DNA of 64,000 nucleotides from an uncultured Clostridia bacterium. Lineage in GTDB: Bacteria; Bacillota; Clostridia; Christensenellales; Pumilibacteraceae. A program made the position numbers and the translations under genes. The stretch is from NCBI GenBank assembly GCA_947175195.1, contig CAMWLQ010000006.1:664-64663 (forward strand), written 5' to 3'. Of the stretch, positions 45,917 through 55,176 are shown piece by piece; the first letter of the stretch is position 1, and each line of letters begins with the position of its first letter. Under the pieces are notes generated by a model, which saw only the letters and a list, made by a program, of their open reading frames with translations, was not told where the DNA came from and searched no databases.

Positions 45917-47494
45917 TCAATTTCGATTGTGCGTGGTTATATAGTCCTGCATTTGATCTATAAATGCCTCTTTGTTTACCAGCTCGGCGCGAACGGTCAG
46001 CTCGTCGCCGTCCTGCAAAACGGTTTCGCCGTCGGGCACGAGGTCGTGTCCGTCGCGGCATAAATCCGTAACAAGCGAATTGTGCGGCCACAGCACGTCG
46101 CGTATGCGCCTGCCGCAAATAAACGATTTGGCGTGAATGACGCCCTTGATCGTAACGTTGTCGCTGCCCTTGGCCGTTTGATTGTAAAGCTCTTCCATCA
46201 TGCGGTCGTACAGCGGCGAGGTGCGCAGTATCGCGGCAATGGCTGTTGCAATCCCGACGGCTACCGCGCAGGGCAGTAGATTGGAAAAGCTTGCCGTAAG
46301 CTCCACCGACATTGCAAGCGCGCTGATGGGCGCGCGTACCGATGCGGCAAAAAACGCCGAAATGGTCAGCATTATCACGTTGGGTGCGTATTCGGCGCTC
46401 ATGCCCATTGCCATTGCGGTTTTGGCAATTACAGTGCCGAGTATGCCGCCTATCGCTATCATCGGCAAAAACAGTCCGCCCGTAGCGCCGCTGCCGCTTG
46501 CCGTAACAGTCATTGCAAACCTGAGCACGATAAGCAGTATAAGCATGCCCACGGCGGTGTTTACCGATACGTGTTCAAACGTCCGCTCGCCGCTGCCGAT
46601 AACCGAATATATGCACAGTCCGCAAACGGCTGTGAGCATAAAGGCGGGGAGCAGGCGTAGTGCGGGGTTGTTTATTTTTCCGAACAGCTTGCCGAGTAGG
46701 AATATGCAGCAGTTGAACGCCGCTGCGAGCAGTGCGCACAGTATTCCGCTGGCGGCGGCAATGCCGCACACCGTGAACAGCGCGCCCACCGAGTTGTACT
46801 TTACCTGTGCCAAAAAGGGGAGTACGGTCATTCCCGCGTGTATGCCAAGTCCGCGCAGGTAGGGTAATTGCTCAAAACCCCAAAACAAAAGCTGGGACGT
46901 CATTATTGCGGGAACTACCGCGCTGAACGCCGCGAGCAATATGCCGGGTGCAAACTTGCGGTGCGTTTCCTCCAATGCGAACGCCACGCCGGTGAGCGGC
47001 GCGTTAAACGCTACCGCAAGACCGGAGCTTGCTCCGCCTGTAATCAAGTACCGCCTGAACTGCACCGGCTTTTTTGCCATTCTGCCCACGCCGTCGCCTA
47101 TAAGCCCGCCGACGCCTATGGACGGACCTTCGCTGCCCAGCGGCATGCCCGACAAAAACGCCAAAAGGCTGCCCGCAATAAGCGCCGCAGCCGTGCGTAA
47201 CCATTTAACCTTTAGCATGCCGCGAGCGCAGCCTTCCGCAAGCGGAATACCGCTGCCCTTAGCGGCGGGGACAAGCATTTGCAGTACCGCCATTATCAGG
47301 CAGCACAGCAGCACGAGTATAAGCGTGCACGCAACCGCGAGCGGCGTGCGTTCCAAAGAATATACCGAAAATGCAAAGCCGATTACAATGCGCGAGCATA
47401 CCAAAAACAGCGCGATAACCGCGCCGCATACTATGCCCGTGATACAGCCGAAAAACAGCGGCTGTAGGTTTTGTAACAGCTTTGTTCGTTTCAT
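45917..47494 (-). CDS. ClC-family chloride channel / H+-Cl- antiporter with C-terminal TrkA-C-like domain
   Basis: GSGIP, GSEGPSIGVG, GLFLPMIAIGG. Confidence 0.85.
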   Translation of the reverse strand: MKRTKLLQNLQPLFFGCITGIVCGAVIALFLVCSRIVIGFAFSVYSLERTPLAVACTLILVLLCCLIMAVLQMLVPAAKGSGIPLAEGCARGMLKVKWLRTAAALIAGSLLAFLSGMPLGSEGPSIGVGGLIGDGVGRMAKKPVQFRRYLITGGASSGLAVAFNAPLTGVAFALEETHRKFAPGILLAAFSAVVPAIMTSQLLFWGFEQLPYLRGLGIHAGMTVLPFLAQVKYNSVGALFTVCGIAAASGILCALLAAAFNCCIFLLGKLFGKINNPALRLLPAFMLTAVCGLCIYSVIGSGERTFEHVSVNTAVGMLILLIVLRFAMTVTASGSGATGGLFLPMIAIGGILGTVIAKTAMAMGMSAEYAPNVIMLTISAFFAASVRAPISALAMSVELTASFSNLLPCAVAVGIATAIAAILRTSPLYDRMMEELYNQTAKGSDNVTIKGVIHAKSFICGRRIRDVLWPHNSLVTDLCRDGHDLVPDGETVLQDGDELTVRAELVNKEAFIDQMQDYITTHNRN

Positions 47495-47500
47495 TCGATT

Positions 47501-48049
47501 TTATCTCTTTTTTGGAGTGCGCGCGGGTTTGTTTTCCGCCGCGTCGGTTTCGTCGCCGCTTTGCGCCTGCTTGGGCGTTGAGGGGCGCGCGCGGGTAATG
47601 GTTATCGAGCGCGTGGTGTAAGTTCCGCCCTGCTCCCTTGAATTGGGAATCTCCGTGTTGCGAGCGCTGCTCGACCGAGCTTTGCCGCCGCGCGTCGGGG
47701 CGGGACCTTGAGGAAAGCCGCCAAGCGGGACGGTGGGGATTGCGTTCAAAAAGTCGGGCGTGTTTTCGGTCGCGCTTTTACGCGTCGGGGTGCGGCGCGG
47801 CTTTGGCGGATCGATAGGTATGGTATCAACTCCGCCCTCGGGCATTGTGGGCGCAGGCTCGGACACGGCGGGCTTTTTGGTAGATTTCTTTTTGTGCGAC
47901 TTTTCGCGGAAAAACACCGTGCGGAAATTTTTACTGGCGGCAAGCGATATAAGCAGCACCGCAAAAATTACTGTGATCAGTACAAACACGGTAAGCGCAA
48001 TAGCGAGAGCAAACTCGTTTGCGCACAGCGTATTTACGTTAAGCTGCAT
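47501..48049 (-). CDS. membrane-anchored, Pro/Arg/Thr-rich disordered protein
   Basis: TM helix LAIALTVFVLITVIFAVLLISLAA. Overlaps the upstream gene by 11 nt. Confidence 0.4.
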   Translation of the reverse strand: MQLNVNTLCANEFALAIALTVFVLITVIFAVLLISLAASKNFRTVFFREKSHKKKSTKKPAVSEPAPTMPEGGVDTIPIDPPKPRRTPTRKSATENTPDFLNAIPTVPLGGFPQGPAPTRGGKARSSSARNTEIPNSREQGGTYTTRSITITRARPSTPKQAQSGDETDAAENKPARTPKKR

Positions 48050-50105
48050 TAAGTGTTACCTCCTTGCTCACTACGGGCTGTTCGTTTGCCGCACGCAGCA
48101 TCGCGTTAAACTCGTTTGCGCGCGCGCCTTTAAAGTAGTCCGCGGCAAAAATTCGGTTTACGTGCGAAATTTTGTCCAGCAGCACGGTAGCCTTCTTTTC
48201 TACGTCATCCAAATATTCGGCGTCCACGTCGGGCGCTTTGTAGATGATATTGCTCAGGCTGTTAAAGTAAATCTTGTCGGTAAGGAATTTATCGTAGGCG
48301 CGGGAGTACAGTATGGACTCTTCGGGTGAAAACGCGCTTACGCCGTAGTTCAGGTTGGAAAACACCGTTACGCCCAAAAGGTCGAGTATGGTGGGATAAA
48401 TGTCGCAAACACAAGTGAACTTGTTTATAACGGGATTGCCCAAGTCGCGATTGCCCACCTTTATCATTACGGGCACGCGGTACAAATCGGTGTAGTTTGC
48501 GGTGTCGGTAAAGTAAATATTCTTTGCATAATTGCTTATGCCTTGATAGTATGCGTTGTGGTCGCCGAACATAGTGATTAGCGTTTTGTCGGCTAAGCCG
48601 TTTTGCTCCAAATAGTCGAGCATTACGCCGATTGCCTTGTCGGTGTCCATGCCCGCGGCGCAGTAGTAACGCAGCGCGTTGGCGTCCTCGTCGTCCTCGT
48701 CGTAGGGGAGAATGCCGTACTTATCCATTTTGGCGTAGTAGCCCTTAAGGTTTTCGCGCTCGGCGTATTGACCGTGCTGTGTTATTGTCGTAATGTACGT
48801 GTTGAATCTACGGTCGGTAGGGAACATTTCCTCTTTGCACGCCTCGAACATCATCGAGTCGAGGTTGCGCTCGCCGAGTCCGGTGTCGTCGGTTATCATG
48901 TCCATGTTCTCGGACGAGGTGTAGCTTTTAAAGCCGAGCGCGTTTACATGGTGAATGTTGCGGTTGTAGAACGTATTGGTGCCGTTGTGGAAGGAATTGC
49001 TTTCCACGCCGAACAGCGTGTTGAGTACGTTGGGCATGCTGTACGGTATAGTGTTTTCGGGGTAGCCGTAGTTGATATATTGGTACAACAACGGATAGTT
49101 GCCGAGTATCGATTTGTTTTCCGAAATGTCCGTCTTTTCCAGCGAGTGCGCGTTGTTGAGTATAACGGTGGACTTGCTTTCGTACATACGGTAAAAATTG
49201 GGGTAAAGCTGCTTTAGCGCGGCTTTGATTTCGGCGGGAGAGCGCTCGTCGCCGTTTACAGTGCGCGCAAAGCCGTTGGGGTATTTGTCCGCGTCGTAAA
49301 GGAAGGTAAACCACTCAAAGCTTTCGCAAAGGATTGTCACCACGTTAAAGCCGTCGGCTTTGCCGGTGAGCGGGGTGGGCTCGGTGGTGTGCATGTAAAT
49401 AAAGTCGTGCAGCTCCTCGGTGTCGCCGATGTCTATGTCCGAAAACCACAATCCGCGCACAAGCTCGTTGTATAGGTTGCCCACGATACCCTTGTTGGAG
49501 TACGTGCCCGTTTCCTGCTGGTACAGCTTGTATTTGAGGTCGTTAGAGTCGTAGCGGTAATTGCCGAAGTACGACAGCATGCTGTTGCCGAGTATAACAA
49601 GCGCCGCCAGCGCCGCAGTGGTTATCTTGGCGGAAAACGCCACGTTGGGTTTTTCCACGCGCTTGGTAAACATAAACCCGAGCGTGCCGTAAAGCGCGAT
49701 TATTATGCCCGATACGAACATGAACGTAAAGCTCATCGGGATAACCTCGACAATAATCATGGCGTCGTTGCGCAGGCTGAGCATTGCAAAGTCGAATATC
49801 GTTCCGCCCGTGCTGTCGAAAATAACAATGAATACGAAGTCGAGAATGAAATTGGCGAGTATAAGACACATAAAGTACGCATAGCGCGCTTTGTGATTGG
49901 GAATGTACTGCGAAACAAGGCAAGCCAGGGCTATAAGCGAAAGGTACAGCCATGGCGAGGTCATGTAAAACTTGCCCGCCGTAACCGCAATGCCGGTAAG
50001 CTCAATCAGCACGGAGGCGAATATATACGCGACCATGAGGTAATTTATTTTTATAAAGCGGAGAAATGCTTTTCCCGCGGTTTTGGCGGCTTGCTTAAAC
50101 GACAT
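48039..50105 (-). CDS. LTA-synthase-family sulfatase-fold membrane enzyme
   Basis: Five N-terminal TM helices. FNVVTILCESFEWF, MFGDHNAYY. Confidence 0.75.
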   Translation of the reverse strand: MSFKQAAKTAGKAFLRFIKINYLMVAYIFASVLIELTGIAVTAGKFYMTSPWLYLSLIALACLVSQYIPNHKARYAYFMCLILANFILDFVFIVIFDSTGGTIFDFAMLSLRNDAMIIVEVIPMSFTFMFVSGIIIALYGTLGFMFTKRVEKPNVAFSAKITTAALAALVILGNSMLSYFGNYRYDSNDLKYKLYQQETGTYSNKGIVGNLYNELVRGLWFSDIDIGDTEELHDFIYMHTTEPTPLTGKADGFNVVTILCESFEWFTFLYDADKYPNGFARTVNGDERSPAEIKAALKQLYPNFYRMYESKSTVILNNAHSLEKTDISENKSILGNYPLLYQYINYGYPENTIPYSMPNVLNTLFGVESNSFHNGTNTFYNRNIHHVNALGFKSYTSSENMDMITDDTGLGERNLDSMMFEACKEEMFPTDRRFNTYITTITQHGQYAERENLKGYYAKMDKYGILPYDEDDEDANALRYYCAAGMDTDKAIGVMLDYLEQNGLADKTLITMFGDHNAYYQGISNYAKNIYFTDTANYTDLYRVPVMIKVGNRDLGNPVINKFTCVCDIYPTILDLLGVTVFSNLNYGVSAFSPEESILYSRAYDKFLTDKIYFNSLSNIIYKAPDVDAEYLDDVEKKATVLLDKISHVNRIFAADYFKGARANEFNAMLRAANEQPVVSKEVTLNAA

Positions 50106-50106
50106 A

Positions 50107-50865
50107 TCACAACACCATTATTATTATGCACGCCCAGTACGTAAGGTGGAAACTGCGGTTTGTCAGCTCGTACACCACCGCGTACGCGTAGGTGAGAACG
50201 TAGTACAGCCACGGATACAAATGCGTGGTAGTACCCGCCTCCAATGCGAACTCGATAAGTCCGAACACCGTAACCAAAAATATAGCGCCCCAAGGCACCG
50301 AGTACTTGGTGGGGAGCAGTACGGTAAGCGCACGCTGAACAAGCGCGGCGGCGGTAAGCCCCAGCCACAAATGCAGTCCGTAATAAACGTATACGGCAAG
50401 ATTGATGAGCGCGGTAGCCATGGTGACGCCCGAGCCCATTTCCACTTGAATTTTTACCTTGAACTTAAAGCCGGCGCTGATGCACAGCATGGCGATTGCG
50501 CCGATTAATATAACCGCGAGCGTGCGCGGCACGTCGATATGCTGTTTTTGCGGCAAAAACAATCGGCAGTCACAGTGCTTTTTAAGGTAGCGGTTGAGCA
50601 AAATAATGAACACCGTAAAAACAATGCCGATAAGTATATAATAAAGTATTATAGACAGCGTTGCGTAATACACCAGATCGAACACCGGCTTGAACAGCCA
50701 AAACAGCCGCGACAAAAACAGTACGGCAAGCGTTACGCCCGCCGCAATCAGCATGGTGTAGGCGCGTCGCTTGTCTTCCGACGACACCGAGGCAAATGCG
50801 GACTTAAAGTCGGCGTATTGCTCGGGCGGTGCGGATATTGAGTTTTGTTCGGTGGTTTCTGACAT
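50107..50865 (-). CDS. multi-TM membrane protein
   Basis: Hydrophobic throughout. 1-nt spacer to the downstream gene. Confidence 0.5.
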   Translation of the reverse strand: MSETTEQNSISAPPEQYADFKSAFASVSSEDKRRAYTMLIAAGVTLAVLFLSRLFWLFKPVFDLVYYATLSIILYYILIGIVFTVFIILLNRYLKKHCDCRLFLPQKQHIDVPRTLAVILIGAIAMLCISAGFKFKVKIQVEMGSGVTMATALINLAVYVYYGLHLWLGLTAAALVQRALTVLLPTKYSVPWGAIFLVTVFGLIEFALEAGTTTHLYPWLYYVLTYAYAVVYELTNRSFHLTYWACIIIMVL

Positions 50866-50880
50866 AATGTAATTTTGTGT

Positions 50881-51510
50881 TTATTGCGGGTCGAGCACGG
50901 CAAGTACGTCGTGCATAGACTTGACAAACTCCGCCTCGGACGAGTTGTAAAACAGCAACAGCCCGTCGGCGTCGTCGCCCGATACGCCCTCGGGGACAGA
51001 GAAGTCAATACCTTTGACGTATTCGTCCCAGTGCTTGATTTTGTAAGTGTCGCGGTCGGAGTTGCGGCGCAGCATTCGCGCACGGCAAACCTCGGGCGAG
51101 GTAACTACCCAAATTATGGTCAGCTTGGCGTCTTGAGCGGCAAGCTTTTTTCTCAGCTCGGCAATGTAGTCGGGGTCGCGCACTTCGCGCGTGAACGGCG
51201 CGTTAATCAGCACCGTGTCGTCGTACTGCAATGCCTCAAAGCCGAGGTCGAGTATGACCTCGTATTCATAGTCGCGTATTTGTTCTTCAAAAAAGTCCGA
51301 GCTGCGGTCGTAAGGCTTTTTGCCGACGCGGAATATTTGCTTGGAAAGGGGGATAAGCGTATCTTTGTCCAGATACACCACGTGCCGCAGGTTTTTTGCC
51401 AACTGCTTGGATATGAAAGTTTTGCCGCAGGCAGGCGGCGACGATACCAAAATAAGTCTTTTCATAGGTAAATGCTTTTCTTTATTATATGTGTATTGTA
51501 ACAAATACAA
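50881..51510 (-). CDS. P-loop kinase/ATPase (AAA_33-like)
   Basis: LILVSSPPACGKTFISKQLA. Confidence 0.65.
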   Translation of the reverse strand: MYLLQYTYNKEKHLPMKRLILVSSPPACGKTFISKQLAKNLRHVVYLDKDTLIPLSKQIFRVGKKPYDRSSDFFEEQIRDYEYEVILDLGFEALQYDDTVLINAPFTREVRDPDYIAELRKKLAAQDAKLTIIWVVTSPEVCRARMLRRNSDRDTYKIKHWDEYVKGIDFSVPEGVSGDDADGLLLFYNSSEAEFVKSMHDVLAVLDPQ

Positions 51511-51550
51511 AAAACGGTGTCAAGCGAATAATGCTTTTCACCGTTTTTTG
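51508..51550 (-). terminator. intrinsic terminator after spo0A
   Basis: AAAAACGGTG / CACCGTTTTT stem. Preceded (in sense direction) by the AATTCGGAAT repeats. Confidence 0.65.
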
Positions 51551-51553
51551 AAT

Positions 51554-51585
51554 AATTCCGCATTCCGAATTCATAATTCCGAATT
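51554..51585 (-). repeat. AATTCGGAAT motif, 3 units (sense with spo0A), starting 3-4 nt after the spo0A stop
   Basis: Minus-strand reading is AATTCGGAATTATGAATTCGGAATGCGGAATT. Confidence 0.6.
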
Positions 51586-51588
51586 ATG

Positions 51589-52317
51589 TTACACGCTCTC
51601 CAGCAGCATTTTGTCGGCGACGAGCGCTATAAACTCGCCGTTGGTCGGCTTTTCGTTGTGGTTGTACACGCGCACGCCGAACAGTGTGTTAATGTTTTCT
51701 ATCTTGCCGCGATTCCACGCGACCTCTATGGCGTGGCGAATGGCGCGTTCCACCTTGCTGGGGCTGGTCTTAAAGTGATCCGCCACCTCGGGGTACAGCT
51801 TTTTGGTTATGGAATTGATTATTTCGGGATTGTCAATGGTCATCTTTATAGCCTCGCGCAGGTACTGATAGCCCTTTATGTGCGCGGGTATGCCGACGGT
51901 AATAAAGATATTGCTTATTTTCTCGTCCATAGAGCGGTTTTTGGCGGACGGGCGCTTGTTGTTGAACGCCTCGATTATGCGTTCGTCCAGCACGCCGAAC
52001 GATACCGGTTTCATCATGTAAAAGTCCGCTCCCAATCCCATCGCCTTGGAAATGAACGCCTCCTGACTGAGCGCCGACACGATTATGATTTTCATATTAC
52101 CCTTGTTTACGCGCTCCAGCACCGAAAATCCGTCGAGATTTGGCATGACCAAATCGAGCAGCAGTACGTCCGGACGCACCGTCACCAGCTTGTCCAAAGC
52201 CTGCTTGCCGTCGATTGCTACGTCTACAAGCTCGATCTTGTCCGAAGTGGAAAAGTGCGATTTTATACTCGCCACAAATTCCGCGTTGTCGTCACATACC
52301 ATCACTCTGATTTTCAT
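51589..52317 (-). CDS. spo0A: sporulation master regulator Spo0A
   Basis: Receiver domain VMVCDDN...DVLLLDLVMPNLDG. Spo0A-specific C-terminal GIPAHIKGYQYLREAI...KVERAIRHAIEVAW...KPTNGEFIA. Confidence 0.9.
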   Translation of the reverse strand: MKIRVMVCDDNAEFVASIKSHFSTSDKIELVDVAIDGKQALDKLVTVRPDVLLLDLVMPNLDGFSVLERVNKGNMKIIIVSALSQEAFISKAMGLGADFYMMKPVSFGVLDERIIEAFNNKRPSAKNRSMDEKISNIFITVGIPAHIKGYQYLREAIKMTIDNPEIINSITKKLYPEVADHFKTSPSKVERAIRHAIEVAWNRGKIENINTLFGVRVYNHNEKPTNGEFIALVADKMLLESV

Positions 52318-52629
52318 AAGAAACAGCTCCTTTTTTCTTGCCGATTTAAGAAAATTATACCATTTTCACCGTTAATTTTCAAGTTTCGCATACATGCGTA
52401 AAACGCCTTCTTTTATCAAAAAACGCCGATTTATGCTGTAAAATAGCGAAACGCTTGCGCGGACGGTCGGAAACGTTCCGTTTTTGTACGGAATAAAAAA
52501 TGACACACAATACCTATATATGTATACTTTTTAACGGCAAGTATGGTATATGTGCGTAATTTGCCTTTCATAAATATATAAATAATGTTGTAAGTAGTAT
52601 AATAGCATTAGTAAATCGGAGGACAAAAC

Positions 52630-53502
52630 ATGAAGTTTACATTATCTACCGACACCGTATGCGATATATACAAAAGCGAGCTTAGGGCGCGCGGTATAGA
52701 TTACATATCCACGTACTACACGATAGAAGGCGTCGAGCGTAAGGACGAAATCACGCGCGACGACGAGCTTAAAGATTTTTACGCCAAAATCCGCGAAGGC
52801 GAAATGCCCACCACCTCGCAGGTAACGCAAAACGACTACGAGGAATTTTTCGGCGAGATGATCAAAAAGTACGAGGGCGATATAGTGCATATCACCATAT
52901 CGTCGGGGCTTACCACCTCGCCATTGGCGGCGCGCCACGTTGCCGAGCAAATATTAAAGGAAACAGGGCGGCATATCTACATAGTCGATTCGCTTGCAGC
53001 GACCATTGCCACACGGCTTGTTGTGGACGAGGCGGAGCGCTTGCGCGACGAGGACGTTTCCGCCGAGGACGCGGTTGCGTTTTTGGAGAACTTTGTCAAT
53101 CACGTTCACACATGGTTTATGCCCACCGACCTAATGCACCTCAAGCGCGGCGGCAGGGTGTCCGGTCCGTCGGCGTACATAGGCACGGCGCTCAACATTA
53201 AGCCTATACTGCGTTTCGATCCCGCGGGCGCGCTGGTCGTTATGCAAAAGAAGATAGGCGCGGGCAAGGGCATTGCGGAAATGATCAACATTTTCAAGCG
53301 TGACTGCGCCGAAAAACCGCACAAGGTTTACATAGCCAGCGCAGACAGCGATCTTGCCGAGGGCATGCTCAAAAAAGCGCAGGCGGCACGTCCCGATTGC
53401 GACATAGAGATGGCGTTGATAGGTCCTGTTATCGGCGCGCACACGGGCGCCAACGCCGTAGGTATAACCTTTATATCGGATAAGCTTCGCAGCGAAATCT
53501 AA
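52630..53502 (+). CDS. DegV family fatty-acid-binding protein
   Basis: FMPTDLMHLKRGGRVSG, IGPVIGAHTGANAVGITF. Confidence 0.8.
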   Translation: MKFTLSTDTVCDIYKSELRARGIDYISTYYTIEGVERKDEITRDDELKDFYAKIREGEMPTTSQVTQNDYEEFFGEMIKKYEGDIVHITISSGLTTSPLAARHVAEQILKETGRHIYIVDSLAATIATRLVVDEAERLRDEDVSAEDAVAFLENFVNHVHTWFMPTDLMHLKRGGRVSGPSAYIGTALNIKPILRFDPAGALVVMQKKIGAGKGIAEMINIFKRDCAEKPHKVYIASADSDLAEGMLKKAQAARPDCDIEMALIGPVIGAHTGANAVGITFISDKLRSEI

Positions 53503-53543
53503 TCGAACTTTACATACAAATGAATTTTAAGGAGAATTAAAAA

Positions 53544-54419
53544 ATGGCTTTTACACTTTGCACAGACCGTTCGTGCGATATATTTTGCAGCGACCTCGAC
53601 AATCGAGGAATAAAGTACATATCGCAAGTTTATACAATAGACGAAGTTCCGCATGTGGACGATTTTGACAATGACGAGGACTACAAAGGCTTTTACGACC
53701 TTATCCGCGCGGGCAAAATGCCCACCACCTCGCAAATCAACATTGCCGAGCACGAGGAGTTCTTTGAAAAGGTTTTGGACGAGTGCGGCGGCGAATTGTT
53801 GCATATAACGCTGTCGTCGGGCTTGTCGTCCACCTATCAAAACGCGGTCACTGCCGCCAACAACGTGAACGAGCGTTTGGGCGCGACTCGCGTGTACGTT
53901 TTGGACTCGCTTGCGGCAACCAGCGTACAGAGGCTTGTAGTAGACGAGGCGGAGCGGCTGCGCGACGAGGGCTTGTCCGCGGCAGAGGCTTTGGAAAAAA
54001 TGCAGTACATCACCAAGCATGTATCGGTCAGGTTTATGCCTACCGACCTTATGCACCTCAAACGCGGCGGCAGGGTGTCCGGTCCGTCGGCGTACATAGG
54101 CACGGCGCTGCGCATCAAACCCATACTGTGCATCAACAAAGAGGGCGGCTTGTCGGTCGTAACCAAAAAGATAGGCGTGGGCGCGGGCGTCGCGTACATG
54201 GCGGATTTCTTTAAGCAAAACAACGGCGCAAGCACAAAAAGAGTGTACCTTCCGTCCGCCGACAACTGGGAGGTTGCCGAGGAATTAAAAGCCAAGATTT
54301 TGGAAATCCGTCCCGACTGCGAGGTTATAATCGGCTGGGTAGGACCGGTCATAGGCGCGCATACCGGCGCGGGCATGGTCGGCGTTACCTTTGTCAGCGA
54401 CAAGGAAAGAGATATATAA
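53544..54419 (+). CDS. DegV family protein (tandem paralogue)
   Basis: About half of the residues are identical to the upstream paralogue. Same motifs. Confidence 0.8.
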   Translation: MAFTLCTDRSCDIFCSDLDNRGIKYISQVYTIDEVPHVDDFDNDEDYKGFYDLIRAGKMPTTSQINIAEHEEFFEKVLDECGGELLHITLSSGLSSTYQNAVTAANNVNERLGATRVYVLDSLAATSVQRLVVDEAERLRDEGLSAAEALEKMQYITKHVSVRFMPTDLMHLKRGGRVSGPSAYIGTALRIKPILCINKEGGLSVVTKKIGVGAGVAYMADFFKQNNGASTKRVYLPSADNWEVAEELKAKILEIRPDCEVIIGWVGPVIGAHTGAGMVGVTFVSDKERDI

Positions 54420-54420
54420 T

Positions 54421-54452
54421 AATTCGGAATTCGGAATTATGAATTCGGAATT
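54421..54452 (+). repeat. AATTCGGAAT motif, 3 units, immediately after the stop codon
   Basis: AATTCGGAATTCGGAATTATGAATTCGGAATT. Confidence 0.6.
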
Positions 54453-54465
54453 AAAAGAGGATATT

Positions 54466-55017
54466 ATGCAAAAACCGTACTATTGGTATGTGTTTTACGT
54501 AAGAACAGGCAAAGAAAACCGCGTGGTACAGGATATCGCGCGGTTTGCCGATACTAAGGGTTTTTCGTCGGATACGATTGAGCCCTTTTGTCCGCAAACC
54601 GAATCGTACTACCGTGCGGGCGGAGCGGGCAAGCGCTACCAAAAACGCCCGCTGTTTTCGGGCTACGTATTTGTGGAAACGCGACTCGACCAAACCGAGT
54701 TTTTAACCGAATTCGGCTCGTTCATATACTGCTCGCAGGACATTATCCGCCTGCTCAAAAGCGGCAGGGATAATATTGCATTGCCCGACCACGAGCGCGC
54801 GCGACTGGAGTTTTTGCTGAAGGGCACGCGGTGCGTGGAGCGTTCGGTCGGCTTTATAAACGGCGATACCGTAACGATTACGGTGGGCGCACTCATGGGC
54901 TGCGAGGGAATGATTACCTACATAAACCGTCACAACCGTTACGCCGATATAGAGCTGGATATGTTCGGCGGCAAAACCAAGGCGCGGGTAGCGCTGGAAA
55001 TAGTGGAAAAAAAGTAA
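54466..55017 (+). CDS. NusG-family paralogue (NGN + KOW), LoaP-like candidate
   Basis: YWYVFYVRTGKENRVVQDI (NGN start). KOW-like GDTVTITVGALMGCEGMI. SD AAGAGG. No secE or rplK nearby. Confidence 0.65.
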   Translation: MQKPYYWYVFYVRTGKENRVVQDIARFADTKGFSSDTIEPFCPQTESYYRAGGAGKRYQKRPLFSGYVFVETRLDQTEFLTEFGSFIYCSQDIIRLLKSGRDNIALPDHERARLEFLLKGTRCVERSVGFINGDTVTITVGALMGCEGMITYINRHNRYADIELDMFGGKTKARVALEIVEKK

Positions 55018-55048
55018 AAACGTGATAATCGAAAATATTGTTTTGGGC

Positions 55049-55078
55049 TGCCACTCCGTTTTGGGTGGCATATTTTTT
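55049..55078 (+). terminator. intrinsic terminator
   Basis: TGCCAC / GTGGCA stem followed by T6. Confidence 0.55.
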
Positions 55079-55176
55079 GCGTTAAAAATACTTTGGAACA
55101 GTTGACGAACGGCAAGAAAAAGTCTATATTGAATTTAATAAAAACTATGCAAGATCGGTAAACACAAGATTAGCAT

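Noticed and set aside
51586-52401. 271-aa plus-strand ORF overlapping spo0A
   Set aside because: The minus-strand frame encodes an unmistakable Spo0A. The plus-strand frame has no recognisable features.
54421-54452. AATTCGGAAT arrays as CcpA cre sites or EcoRI-linker contamination
   Set aside because: The best cre alignment (TGAATTCGGAATTA versus TGWAANCGNTNWCA) has 3 mismatches at conserved positions. The four copies sit in different native contexts with variable unit numbers, which argues against linker artefacts.
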